A DNA stretch of 58,130 bases, taken from NCBI GenBank assembly GCA_028713955.1, contig JAQTNJ010000001.1, forward strand, positions 3,269-61,398, given 5' to 3'. Origin of the DNA: Syntrophorhabdaceae bacterium. GTDB taxonomy: Bacteria > Desulfobacterota > Syntrophorhabdia > Syntrophorhabdales > Syntrophorhabdaceae. Numbering within the stretch: the first letter of the stretch is position 1; every line of letters begins with the position of its first letter. The translations under genes were made by a program, and so were the position numbers. Of the stretch, positions 27,213 through 36,793 are shown piece by piece. Under the pieces are notes generated by a model. It did not search any database. It saw only the letters and a list, made by a program, of their open reading frames with translations, and was not told where the DNA came from.

Positions 27213-28370
27213 CTAAAATCCTTTTTTCAGTCTATTCGCCACGATCTGCCAAAAGGGTAGATCCTGGCTATTCTCTGTTTTGATATAAGCATTACGGTAG
27301 TTATCATAATGCTCTTTACTTATATTTAGCTCAAATTCCCAATCAATATCTTGAGTCTCATCTATAAAAATCGGCGATTTTCCAAACCACTTAGCTATCT
27401 CTTGAATATGATACTCTATAGGCTTTTTTCTAAAATCAGAACAAGACATGGAAATAACAGGCTTTTGAAAAAGATTCGCAAAATTTAAGGCAGTACTATA
27501 ATGTCCTAAAACCAATTTGCTTTCGTGAACAAGTCCGGCTGTTTGTCCTTTAAAGCGTTTACGGCCCCTGAAATAATCCGGGGTATCTTCATAATTGGCT
27601 TCAGGACATTCCGCTATAACTACCTCATACCCGGTCTTTCTCTCGACGGATTCAAAGAAGCGGTCAAGGTAGGTAAAATATTTTCCCACCTCAATCGGTG
27701 GATCTAACTTAAACATGGCATATTCATGGTGCAAAGGCAGGAATTCATCTATAAACACTGCAATATCACGCCCCGGACAAGGTCTGCTTTTTTCCTTTAA
27801 ATAGATGTCGTAGTCTAAAGTATGAATCCACAACACCTCTGTATCCTTACTAATGGGATAATGGTATTGCATGCATTTGCTCCCACCGGCAAAAATAAAA
27901 CTGACCGGTTTAATACCAAGAAATCGGAAAGGTATTTTCATATATATATGCTTCAGTAACGTTGTTGATTTCATACTAAATAAGTTCTTCAACACTTCTC
28001 TTTTTTTCTGGAGATAAATCTCTCTGGCAACAGGGATAGCATTGGCACAAAAAACCGCATAGGAAGCAGATGATTTACTTAATGCCGAGTAGACCCATAA
28101 GTTCCAAAAATAATAACTTACGAAATTCACGACAAAATCGCTGCTCGTTAGATTAGACAGTCTTTCATATGCCTGCTGTCTATCATTGAAAATACTCAAG
28201 CCACGACAATCGGGCATGCTATAAACTCTTGAATAATTAGCATATAAGGTAGGGGTCATATCCCATATTTCAACATCAAAACCATTTTCCCGTAGGGTCT
28301 CTATTCCAAACCGCTGATAGTCACGTTGGCTAAAATAGCCCTCTAAAAGGAAAATTATTCTTTCAATCAT
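27213..28370 (-). CDS. uncharacterised protein, possible transferase
   Basis: No named motif. The C-terminal ESKLVLGHYSTALNFANLFQKPVISMS resembles the C-termini of the 606-aa and 641-aa proteins. Confidence 0.3.
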   Translation of the reverse strand: MIERIIFLLEGYFSQRDYQRFGIETLRENGFDVEIWDMTPTLYANYSRVYSMPDCRGLSIFNDRQQAYERLSNLTSSDFVVNFVSYYFWNLWVYSALSKSSASYAVFCANAIPVAREIYLQKKREVLKNLFSMKSTTLLKHIYMKIPFRFLGIKPVSFIFAGGSKCMQYHYPISKDTEVLWIHTLDYDIYLKEKSRPCPGRDIAVFIDEFLPLHHEYAMFKLDPPIEVGKYFTYLDRFFESVERKTGYEVVIAECPEANYEDTPDYFRGRKRFKGQTAGLVHESKLVLGHYSTALNFANLFQKPVISMSCSDFRKKPIEYHIQEIAKWFGKSPIFIDETQDIDWEFELNISKEHYDNYRNAYIKTENSQDLPFWQIVANRLKKGF

Positions 28371-29710
28371 AAGGTGTGCTCTATCCGGACAAGTCTTTTG
28401 GTTTTCCCTTCAGTCCTTGGTAACGCGCCTGCCGGAACGAGTTCTATCTGGGAGTTAACCTCAAATCTTTCCTTAATTCTTTTTGCTATGGCAAGATTCA
28501 GCCTTCCCCTTTCGTTCTCTGATAATCCGTCGCGGTACTCTATTGCTACAGTGATCTTATCAACGGGCTGCTTATTTTCAACAATAATTTGATACTCACC
28601 GGTCATTGCATCAAGAAACTCTGAAACGACCCCGCCGATAGCAACCGGGTATATGTTAAGACCTTTTACTACAATCATATCATCGCTTCGCCCCAAGACC
28701 TTGAACCTGAAACTCGACCTTCCGCAATCGCATCTGTTATGATCCAGTATCTCAACCATGTCATGGGTCCTGAACCTAATGACAGGCTGCGCTTCACGCT
28801 GAAGATTAGTCAAGACAAATTCACCTGTCACACCTTTTTCTATAGGGAATACTTCTCCGGAATCAGGGTCTATCAACTCAATATAAAGGTTGCCCTGTCC
28901 CATAAAATGCAACCCTTTCTGTTCACTGCACTCTCCACCGAACATGCTTAGAACGTCTGAAACACCATAATTGGCATCCATTGCCTTGATTCCCCATGTA
29001 TCTTCTATCTTTTTTCTTATCTGTCTATCCTGTAGCCCTCCTTCACCACCGAACAAACCTTTTGTCAAGCTCAGGTTGGCAGGCTCCATATTGAAATCAT
29101 TTTCCAACAGAAGTTCCAGTTTTTTCAGATATGACACTGTGCAGCTAAGGGCAGTTGGTTTTACTTCAATGATTGATTCTATCAGGTTTTTAGAATTGCC
29201 CACACCGTAAGGTATTACAGAGGCGCCTGTCTTTTCAAGACTCTGGTGATCCGTATAACCGCCGATCCACATGCAGTAATTCAAACAATGGAAAACAACA
29301 TCATCGGGTCTAAGTCCCGATGCCCAGAAACAGCGTGCTCCTGACCGAATTGTTGCCTCTATATCATTGCCGGTCATCGCGATAAAAACCGGCCGCCCTG
29401 TCGTTCCTGAAGTTCGATGAATTCTGATCACCTTTTTTCTGTCAACAGACAGGTTGCTTCCCAATGGGGGAAATTCTATCTGATCATCGATAATCTCTTT
29501 CTTTTCGGTAAATGGCAATAATTTAAAATGATTAAATGCTTCTTTGGCGCTTTTAAACGTCTGCAGTTTTTTCTTATAAAAAGGACTTTTTTTGAAAACA
29601 TATTCCAATTGTTTAAGCAAGAGAGGTCTTTCAACCTCTTCGGAGAGTCTTTTCAATGAAAGTTTTTCAAGGCGAGAATCGAATATCTCAGGATACATAT
29701 CGGGATCCAC
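28367..29710 (-). CDS. adenylate-forming ligase of the PaaK/CapK/F390-synthetase family
   Basis: IHRTSGTTGRPVFIAMT (AMP-binding core motif); 447 aa; PaaK-like layout. Confidence 0.75.
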   Translation of the reverse strand: MDPDMYPEIFDSRLEKLSLKRLSEEVERPLLLKQLEYVFKKSPFYKKKLQTFKSAKEAFNHFKLLPFTEKKEIIDDQIEFPPLGSNLSVDRKKVIRIHRTSGTTGRPVFIAMTGNDIEATIRSGARCFWASGLRPDDVVFHCLNYCMWIGGYTDHQSLEKTGASVIPYGVGNSKNLIESIIEVKPTALSCTVSYLKKLELLLENDFNMEPANLSLTKGLFGGEGGLQDRQIRKKIEDTWGIKAMDANYGVSDVLSMFGGECSEQKGLHFMGQGNLYIELIDPDSGEVFPIEKGVTGEFVLTNLQREAQPVIRFRTHDMVEILDHNRCDCGRSSFRFKVLGRSDDMIVVKGLNIYPVAIGGVVSEFLDAMTGEYQIIVENKQPVDKITVAIEYRDGLSENERGRLNLAIAKRIKERFEVNSQIELVPAGALPRTEGKTKRLVRIEHTL

Positions 29711-29725
29711 TTAATGTCAGCGTTG

Positions 29726-30826
29726 TCACGAATCGCTTCCGTCAAGGTACCACATCAGCAGGTAACCGTTTTCGTCGACTTCGGCCGTTTTGGGCAATTG
29801 CCAAGAAGGATTCCAGTTGATTCTTTCCTGATACAGATAATCGGATTGAAGCAAAATCCTGTTATGGCTGTCCCTTTTTAATATCGTACCTTCATACAGA
29901 GTGATCTTTCCTATGTCAGTCATCGCGGCATACATTGGTTTGGCCCTTCCTGAAATAACACCACTGTTCGTCAGTTTTTTTGCCAGTTCCAAACCTTTTG
30001 CCAAGGAGGTTCTGAGGTGATGCATGCCTTTCATCGGCAAACAGTGGAAAAGATAATGTGCCTCAATGCCGAATGCCCTCATTTTGTCATAGAGTTCTAC
30101 CAAGGTAGCAATATCATCATTCACACCCTTGAGGAGCACGTTCTGTGAATAAATGGCAATTCCCATTTCTTTAAAAACTTTCAACCTTTCTATTGTTTCA
30201 GGAAAAAATTCAACAGGATGGTTTATCTGAGTTGCGATTTCAAAACGAATATCAAGCTTCTTCTTGAATATTTCAATAACATTATTGCCAATCCTCGCCG
30301 GGTCCTGGGTTAAGAGCCGCGTCGCTATTCTTGCTATCTTTATGTTTGGTGCGTACCTGGCGATGGATTCAATAAAAAAACCTAACCTCTGCGGGATGAT
30401 GAATGGATCTCCCCCAGTGATAAGAACCTCCCGTACTTCATCTCTTAACTCTTTTGATCCGCAGTATTGCGCTATTTTTGTCAATTCGGATTCACTGAGA
30501 GTGAACGTATCATATCCCGCGCGAAGGCAATACCGGCAACGTGCAGCGCATATCATGGTCGGCTCAATTACCATGTTCCTTCGATATAAGCGCTCTACGC
30601 CTCTCAGCTTATGACCCCCCAGTTCGACATCCAGGTCAGCTTCCCAGTGCTTGACGTTTTCTTCTTTCGTTGGAATATTTTCGAGACCAAGTTTTTTGTA
30701 CTGCAGATAAATTCCCTTATAGTCGCCGGAATTCTCCCCTTTTTCCTTTCTTATAGCTTCCATTTTGTTTTTCAGGAAGGGAGGAATCTTTTCAGGAAAC
30801 ATTTCGTTTTGTTTATTTTTTATCAT
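29726..30826 (-). CDS. KamA-family radical SAM aminomutase (lysine 2,3-aminomutase-like)
   Basis: PTMICAARCRYCLR (CxxxCxxC) and EVLITGGDP. 366 aa, so EpmB-size rather than AblA-size. Confidence 0.75.
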   Translation of the reverse strand: MIKNKQNEMFPEKIPPFLKNKMEAIRKEKGENSGDYKGIYLQYKKLGLENIPTKEENVKHWEADLDVELGGHKLRGVERLYRRNMVIEPTMICAARCRYCLRAGYDTFTLSESELTKIAQYCGSKELRDEVREVLITGGDPFIIPQRLGFFIESIARYAPNIKIARIATRLLTQDPARIGNNVIEIFKKKLDIRFEIATQINHPVEFFPETIERLKVFKEMGIAIYSQNVLLKGVNDDIATLVELYDKMRAFGIEAHYLFHCLPMKGMHHLRTSLAKGLELAKKLTNSGVISGRAKPMYAAMTDIGKITLYEGTILKRDSHNRILLQSDYLYQERINWNPSWQLPKTAEVDENGYLLMWYLDGSDS

Positions 30827-31748
30827 GTGACTGTTGTTCCTCCTTTCTCTTCCTTAACAAACGTGCTGGATTGCCCGCATAAACACCGTTGTCCTTCAGG
30901 TCTCTGATAACCACCGCCCCTATCCCGATGGTTACATTGTTTCCTATCAGCACAGAATCCCTTATACTGGCGTTCGGCGCGATAAGACAATGCCTGCCGA
31001 TTACAACCTGCCTGCTGATGATGGCTCCGGCAGTAATCATCGTACCTTTTTTCACTACACAGTTAGACCCAATCTGCACGAGGTCGTCAATCTTTACATT
31101 GTCTTCAATAACCGTATCATCGATAGCCGAGCTTTCTATACATGTGTTGGCTCCTATCCAGACATTATCACCTATTGATATTTTCCCGACATGGGGGAAA
31201 TGTATCAGCTTTCCGTCTTCATCAAGTTCAAAGTCATAACCTGTACTGCCTATTGTTGAATTGTGTTTAATAAAACAATTATTGCCTATCCTGACGCGCC
31301 CCGTTATGACTACATTATTCATGATTCTTGAGTTGTTTCCTATGATCACTTCAGGCCCTATTACCGTGTTCTCTCCTATTGAAACACCGTATCCAATCCT
31401 GGCATTTGCATCGATCTTTGCAGATGGCGATATTACAACGGAGTCATATTCTACGAAAAATTCATTCAAGACATTAATGAACTTGACCCTCGGATTATCA
31501 ACGATAATATATGATAGTCCATCATGTTTTGAACTCAGCTTTTTCGCTGTCAAAATAAGAACATCTTTATGTCTTTTAATCTTTTTTTCCGGGATGGTAT
31601 CGTTTTCGCTTAAATATAAAAAGGCTTTATTACCGAAGTTATTTACCGATGAGGGATATTTAACGACAAAATCTTTCCCGATAAGTTTTAAGCCTAGAAA
31701 CTCGGCTATCTCGGAGGCAAAAATATCGAGATACTTTATTTTATACAT
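30813..31748 (-). CDS. LpxD-like left-handed beta-helix N-acyltransferase
   Basis: Hexapeptide repeats throughout. GSTGYDFELDEDGKLIHFPHVGKISIGDNVWIGANTCI matches the LpxD active-site region pattern. Confidence 0.7.
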   Translation of the reverse strand: MYKIKYLDIFASEIAEFLGLKLIGKDFVVKYPSSVNNFGNKAFLYLSENDTIPEKKIKRHKDVLILTAKKLSSKHDGLSYIIVDNPRVKFINVLNEFFVEYDSVVISPSAKIDANARIGYGVSIGENTVIGPEVIIGNNSRIMNNVVITGRVRIGNNCFIKHNSTIGSTGYDFELDEDGKLIHFPHVGKISIGDNVWIGANTCIESSAIDDTVIEDNVKIDDLVQIGSNCVVKKGTMITAGAIISRQVVIGRHCLIAPNASIRDSVLIGNNVTIGIGAVVIRDLKDNGVYAGNPARLLRKRKEEQQSHDKK

Positions 31749-31805
31749 ATTCCTGCTCCTTTCTTTTCTTGAAGCTTATAATGCGCATCGGTGATTTATA
31801 GGATA

Positions 31806-32942
31806 TTACAGGCTAACAGTTCTATAGTCCTCGTTGATAGACTGATCCTGATCGCTGTCGCCTTTTGTTGCGTAAAATTCTTCAAAAGATACTCTTTTGA
31901 ATTCACCGTTACAGTCCAACACCATGTTGATGCTCTTTCTTTCCCTGACTTCAATCGGCTGGAAGAGCATCGGTACGGCATATTCCCGATGTTCGGATAA
32001 TCCGATAAATGGCGATCTGCATACTTCATCGCAATATTTTTTTGATACACAAAAAAAATCGGCAAGTATCAGACCATGGTCACGGCCAAAGCTTAACACA
32101 GCCCTCGTTAGATCTTCTTCATAACCACGCACTGGCAGCATCTCCAGTATTCTAAGCACCCTCCCGTCAACACCCTTTATTTTTTCCAGTCTGACCACTG
32201 ATAGTCCCTTCTTTGCCTCAGGGTCTATCGTAATGATGTTATAATATATGTAAGGGTGATTTAAGTAACGCCACTTAAGAACCTCTAAATTCTTATACGA
32301 TGAAATTGCGAAGCGCTGAGTATGGTCTATCCAGTAGTCTTCTGATATGTCCGAAAAATCTTGGATAACAACATAGTCCTGCCTTATCCTGGAGCATCGC
32401 TCTGCCGATTCCCTTAAAAATTCCTTCTGTCCCTTTATTGAATCATTCCCGAACAAAAAAAGACATTTTCCTGCATCCATGACAGCAATCTTTCTCTCTA
32501 TTTCATTTATCATAGGATAGCCGAGCTTTTCATATGAATTGTAAGATAGCTGGTTCACTCCATAACCACAATAAATTTCAGTCATCCCGCGCAATCTTTT
32601 GACCAGTTCCCGCCCAAGGCCTTTAATTTTTGAGAAATTCATCCACTCGATATCCCATACAGTCTTGGCTTCCTTCCCATCAACATATGTTTTCCATGGG
32701 AGGAAGGCATCCAGCGCGAGTATATTCCTGTCTTCGTCAAGAAAGACAAGCATTGAGTATTGGTTCTTGTCGACCATCGTTGTCTTAAAGGGCGAATCGA
32801 AGTATTGCCAGCGGACATATTTATTATCTGCACCAAAATAAGATTCACTGCCGATAAAATCTCTCAATAAGCGGAGTGCCTGCGGTAAGTCAAACTCATT
32901 GATGTAATCGACGGTATATTCCCTCACAAGGACTTCCGCCAT
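31806..32942 (-). CDS. hypothetical protein with a GNAT-like motif (FemAB/CelD-like size)
   Basis: IKGLGRELVKRL resembles GNAT motif A. 378 aa is consistent with a double-GNAT fold. Weak call. Confidence 0.3.
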   Translation of the reverse strand: MAEVLVREYTVDYINEFDLPQALRLLRDFIGSESYFGADNKYVRWQYFDSPFKTTMVDKNQYSMLVFLDEDRNILALDAFLPWKTYVDGKEAKTVWDIEWMNFSKIKGLGRELVKRLRGMTEIYCGYGVNQLSYNSYEKLGYPMINEIERKIAVMDAGKCLFLFGNDSIKGQKEFLRESAERCSRIRQDYVVIQDFSDISEDYWIDHTQRFAISSYKNLEVLKWRYLNHPYIYYNIITIDPEAKKGLSVVRLEKIKGVDGRVLRILEMLPVRGYEEDLTRAVLSFGRDHGLILADFFCVSKKYCDEVCRSPFIGLSEHREYAVPMLFQPIEVRERKSINMVLDCNGEFKRVSFEEFYATKGDSDQDQSINEDYRTVSL

Positions 32943-34243
32943 ACAGTGGTATTTCCATAATCATCGTTAGTAGCCAAGCCTATAGACTCAAGCTGGTCCA
33001 GGAATATGGTATCGGCATCAAATGTGTAACTCCAGTGCATATCTCCATGATAGTCAAGGTTTTCATGGATGTAAAGATTAGTTTTTGTTTTAAAACAGAA
33101 ATAAGGTTGCGGCCCCCAGCAAGGCTTATCGGTTCTTACTGTAAATAATCTATTTGTTAAAGAAACCTTAAATGAGACAGGTTTTTCCTTTTTAAGATTC
33201 AGTGCTGCACGCATAGCCTGCAAAGCACCTGAGTTCTTAATCTTTACATCCGGGTATTTTTTGTGAACTTTCCTGACCAATTTATAACAATGGTCTATAT
33301 ATGGCCGCACCTCCCTTTCATCGTGACTGACGATAGCCATAATAGTCCGTTTATCGGAATCTGCCCTTCTAAAGGCCTTTTCTATCTCATACTCATCGAT
33401 TGCCCTCAAGCGTGAATTGAGGTTGAGACACCTTGCTATATATCTTTTCATACCCCCTTTTATCTGGTAATCATAAAAATCCGGGTGATAGACCTCCCAC
33501 TCGGATGTTGCCCTTCTCCAGTCGCCGTATCGTCCGGTGCCCACATCTTTCTGCAGTTCAGCGTAGCGTTCTTTATCTTTTTCCACCCCCTGGTTCGCAA
33601 AGTCAAAAGGAATCCACTGTTCGAGAAAGAAGTTTATATCAGGACGTTCACAATGAAAACCGGGACGGAATGCAGCAGGAAACCACCCATGGTCGATTAC
33701 GCGACGACTCAATATCTGGAGATGCTCATTGGTATAAGATAAATTATTGGAAGACTTGTGAGCTTCTCTTAAGAAAGATACTGGATGAAAATGGAAATGT
33801 GTCTCATCGTGCTTACAGTTATATTCTTTGAGTTTATCCAGATAATGTTCAAAAACGACATTGTAACCAAGTGCCCGTCTTCTTGGATTAACCTTGTATC
33901 CAACGTGGTCAAGAATAAACCAGTTAAATATACATCCGTTATCAAAATCGTCTTTGTATTGTTTTCTCCATTTTTCAGATAATATTTCATTGAGCATTCC
34001 GTCGACCATATGCCAATCTGTGTTATAGTTGAGCCTGCCATCGAAAGAGACAAAATGTTTTACCAGAGACCTTATATTTGCAGGTATGCCTTTTCCGCTT
34101 TGTAATTTACGAAGATTTTCAACTGATGGAGGAATGTTGAGCCCAAAGATCTTTTTTATCAGATCAAAGGTTGCTTCCAGCGGTTCGTACAACGGCCCTT
34201 CAGTATCAACACAATGGACAATATACAGTATTTTATCTTTCAT
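32924..34243 (-). CDS. hypothetical protein (possible metal-dependent deacetylase/hydrolase fold)
   Basis: LYIVHCVDTEGP and THFHFHP histidine cluster. I cannot name a family. Confidence 0.25.
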   Translation of the reverse strand: MKDKILYIVHCVDTEGPLYEPLEATFDLIKKIFGLNIPPSVENLRKLQSGKGIPANIRSLVKHFVSFDGRLNYNTDWHMVDGMLNEILSEKWRKQYKDDFDNGCIFNWFILDHVGYKVNPRRRALGYNVVFEHYLDKLKEYNCKHDETHFHFHPVSFLREAHKSSNNLSYTNEHLQILSRRVIDHGWFPAAFRPGFHCERPDINFFLEQWIPFDFANQGVEKDKERYAELQKDVGTGRYGDWRRATSEWEVYHPDFYDYQIKGGMKRYIARCLNLNSRLRAIDEYEIEKAFRRADSDKRTIMAIVSHDEREVRPYIDHCYKLVRKVHKKYPDVKIKNSGALQAMRAALNLKKEKPVSFKVSLTNRLFTVRTDKPCWGPQPYFCFKTKTNLYIHENLDYHGDMHWSYTFDADTIFLDQLESIGLATNDDYGNTTVWRKSL

Positions 34244-34251
34244 GACCCTCC

Positions 34252-34980
34252 TTAACCTTTCTCTTTTTTCAATAAACGTTCTCCCAAAATAGCTTCAACG
34301 GCAATAAAGTCGTATATGTCATCGATTTCGTAGCACTGCCATCTCTCTATAAAGAGAGGTATCGTCCTTTTGGGATAGAATGTGCGTTCATGAAACAATG
34401 AATGTATACTTGAAAGATAAATGACCCCATATGGGAAAAAGGCATCTTTCAATTCCTGGCGTCTCACAACATTTTCAGCATTTTCCACAAACGACACCAT
34501 ATATCCATGTTTTTCAATTTTTTTTGCGACCCATGGATGTTCGAGTGTTATCTTGCCAAGGCTCACCAAGCTGTCAGCGCTGTCACCGGCATCAACCAGT
34601 GTTTCAATCGCCCTGTCTATATCACCATCTTTTCTTAGGGGTGATGTCGGCTCGAGTAGTGCGATATAATCGAACTGCTCGCCTCTATCCTTCATAAAAT
34701 TAATCGCGTGTATAGCAACATCAACCGAATTTGCATGATCGCCGGCCAATTCATTTGGTCTTAAAAAAGGAACTTCAGCGCCGCTGTTTTTTGCGATCTC
34801 CGCGATCTCTTTATCGTCTGTGGAAACGATGATCCTGTCGAGGTAATTGCTTGCCAGCGCCTTTTCGATTGTCCATGCAATGAGGGGCTTACCCAAAAGC
34901 GGTTTGATATTTTTCCTTGGGAGCCCTTTACTCCCTCCCCTCGCTGTTATAACCGCCAGAATTCTTCTGTCTTTATACAT
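34252..34980 (-). CDS. neuA: acylneuraminate/nonulosonate cytidylyltransferase
   Basis: ILAVITARGGSKGLPRKNIKPLLGKPLI N-terminus; 242 aa. Confidence 0.85.
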   Translation of the reverse strand: MYKDRRILAVITARGGSKGLPRKNIKPLLGKPLIAWTIEKALASNYLDRIIVSTDDKEIAEIAKNSGAEVPFLRPNELAGDHANSVDVAIHAINFMKDRGEQFDYIALLEPTSPLRKDGDIDRAIETLVDAGDSADSLVSLGKITLEHPWVAKKIEKHGYMVSFVENAENVVRRQELKDAFFPYGVIYLSSIHSLFHERTFYPKRTIPLFIERWQCYEIDDIYDFIAVEAILGERLLKKEKG

Positions 34981-34990
34981 ATAACCTCAC

Positions 34991-35046
34991 ATCAACACTA
35001 TCAAAGCTATCAATCATTCTGCAATCTGAAATCTACAATCGCAAAT
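34991..35046. repeat. 7-nt-phased array (ATCAACA CTATCAA AGCTATC AATCATT CTGCAAT CTGAAAT CTACAAT CGCAAAT)
   Basis: Read directly; it fills the neuA / SDR spacer. Confidence 0.6.
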
Positions 35047-35789
35047 TAATATATCGTCCATCCCCCGTCGACGAGGAGGTTCTGGCCGGTGATATATTTG
35101 GATTTGTCGCTCATGAGAAATTTCACTGCCTCAGCAACATCGTCAGAATCAGCCATCTTCCCAAGCGGTGTCCTTGACGCGTAGGTCTTCGCGAATTCGC
35201 TCCCGCCTCTCTGCGAATCTCCGACCCCGCCAGGTGATATGGCGTTGCACCGGATACCCCATTTTCCATATTTTGCGGCTACCCATTTGCAGAAATGGAT
35301 CATCCCGGCCTTTGCAACCGCATAAACCAGTGGTGACGTGATATTCATGCCTTCGTATATCTGAAATGTGGGCGCCACAACACCTTGGATTGAGCCTATG
35401 TTGATAATGCTCCCGAACCCTTGTTTTTTCATGAACGGGATTACTGTCCTGGTGAGTAAAAAGCTTCCTACCAGGTTTACATCGAGAACCTTACGAAAGG
35501 TTTCAGTCGAATAATCATCAAGTTCGTTGGCAAACCCCGGGGGCTGGCATGACGCGTTATTGATGAGTCCATGGACCTCACACTCCATCGATGCCAAGTG
35601 GTCCCGCAATCTCTTGATGTCTTTCTCATCCGAGATGTCGCATTGGAATAGTTCACCATAGATCTTTTTATCGTCCGGGGTCTCTTTCATGTCGAGCAAA
35701 AGTATGTCATAGCCTTCCCCTTCCAGCGCCTTTGCGTAACTCTGGCCCAGGACGCCAAGACCTCCTGAAATTATAACCAGCTTTTTCAT
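35046..35789 (-). CDS. short-chain dehydrogenase/reductase
   Basis: VIISGGLGVLGQ and YAVAKAG (YxxxK). The start is moved to the ATG at 35789, which abuts the upstream stop at 35786. Confidence 0.8.
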   Translation of the reverse strand: MKKLVIISGGLGVLGQSYAKALEGEGYDILLLDMKETPDDKKIYGELFQCDISDEKDIKRLRDHLASMECEVHGLINNASCQPPGFANELDDYSTETFRKVLDVNLVGSFLLTRTVIPFMKKQGFGSIINIGSIQGVVAPTFQIYEGMNITSPLVYAVAKAGMIHFCKWVAAKYGKWGIRCNAISPGGVGDSQRGGSEFAKTYASRTPLGKMADSDDVAEAVKFLMSDKSKYITGQNLLVDGGWTIY

Positions 35790-36787
35790 GAAACAATCTC
35801 CTTCATGGCAATCCATTTCTCTTCCCGGTCAGAAACCTCGATAGCCCGAATGACCTTCATCGTGTCAACAGCATCGGCAATGTCCACCGTGCTTTTCTCC
35901 CTGCCATTTATTACATCGATAAAATGTTTCAATTCATCTGTATAGGTCGTATTAAAATCATAACCGGGTCCTACTGTAAAAATCTCTTTAGAACCGGAGC
36001 TTTCCTTATCAAAATACGATACATTTCCTTCGGCCGGATTCCACTTCCATTCAAGGGTCCCATTTTCAGCAATGATCTGTCCTCCCCTTAAATATTTATG
36101 TGAAAGATAGTCAAGATGGATCTCCACCACAGAACCATCTTTATACTTCATTAACGCGGAACAGATATCGTCCGTCGATATTTCGAGGTCACTCACTCTG
36201 TTCACATATCCGACCACCTTCTCGGGACAGCCTATCAACCAGAGCGTGTAGTCTATATCATGAGCGAGCTCCACGTGAACTCCTCCGCCAAGCTCTTTTT
36301 TAGCGCTTGTTGATTCGCGGTAATCAACACCCTTTCTCCAGTATGGGAGATAATAACCAACGTAGATCTTCGTTGCATAAATCTTTCCTACGTTCGGCAA
36401 AAAATCTTTAATAAACTGTATGATAGGATGATACCTCAGGTTAAATCCCATCTCATAGGAGGTGAACTTGTTGGATACTATGATCTCCTGCATCTCACTG
36501 GTTGACTTAAGATCATGTGTCGGTGGTTTTTCGAGTAAAAAGGGGATACCATGATGAATTAATTCCTTCACATCATCCAGATGCTTCGTTGTTGGTGAGC
36601 AGATGATAACACCATCAATACCTTTTTCGCCTTCGAGCACGTCTTCGAGTCTATAATATTCTTTCAGGCCCTCTTTGTTCTCATTACCTTTTGAATGCCT
36701 GAGGAGGACAGCCTGATGACCCATAGAAATTACATTTGCGGCGTGCCTTTTCCCTATTGAGCCATATCCTATGACGAGAAACTTCAT
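35786..36787 (-). CDS. Gfo/Idh/MocA-family oxidoreductase
   Basis: MKFLVIGYGSIGKRHA N-terminus and EKP motif (FLLEKPP). Confidence 0.8.
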   Translation of the reverse strand: MKFLVIGYGSIGKRHAANVISMGHQAVLLRHSKGNENKEGLKEYYRLEDVLEGEKGIDGVIICSPTTKHLDDVKELIHHGIPFLLEKPPTHDLKSTSEMQEIIVSNKFTSYEMGFNLRYHPIIQFIKDFLPNVGKIYATKIYVGYYLPYWRKGVDYRESTSAKKELGGGVHVELAHDIDYTLWLIGCPEKVVGYVNRVSDLEISTDDICSALMKYKDGSVVEIHLDYLSHKYLRGGQIIAENGTLEWKWNPAEGNVSYFDKESSGSKEIFTVGPGYDFNTTYTDELKHFIDVINGREKSTVDIADAVDTMKVIRAIEVSDREEKWIAMKEIVS

Positions 36788-36793
36788 GTTGTC

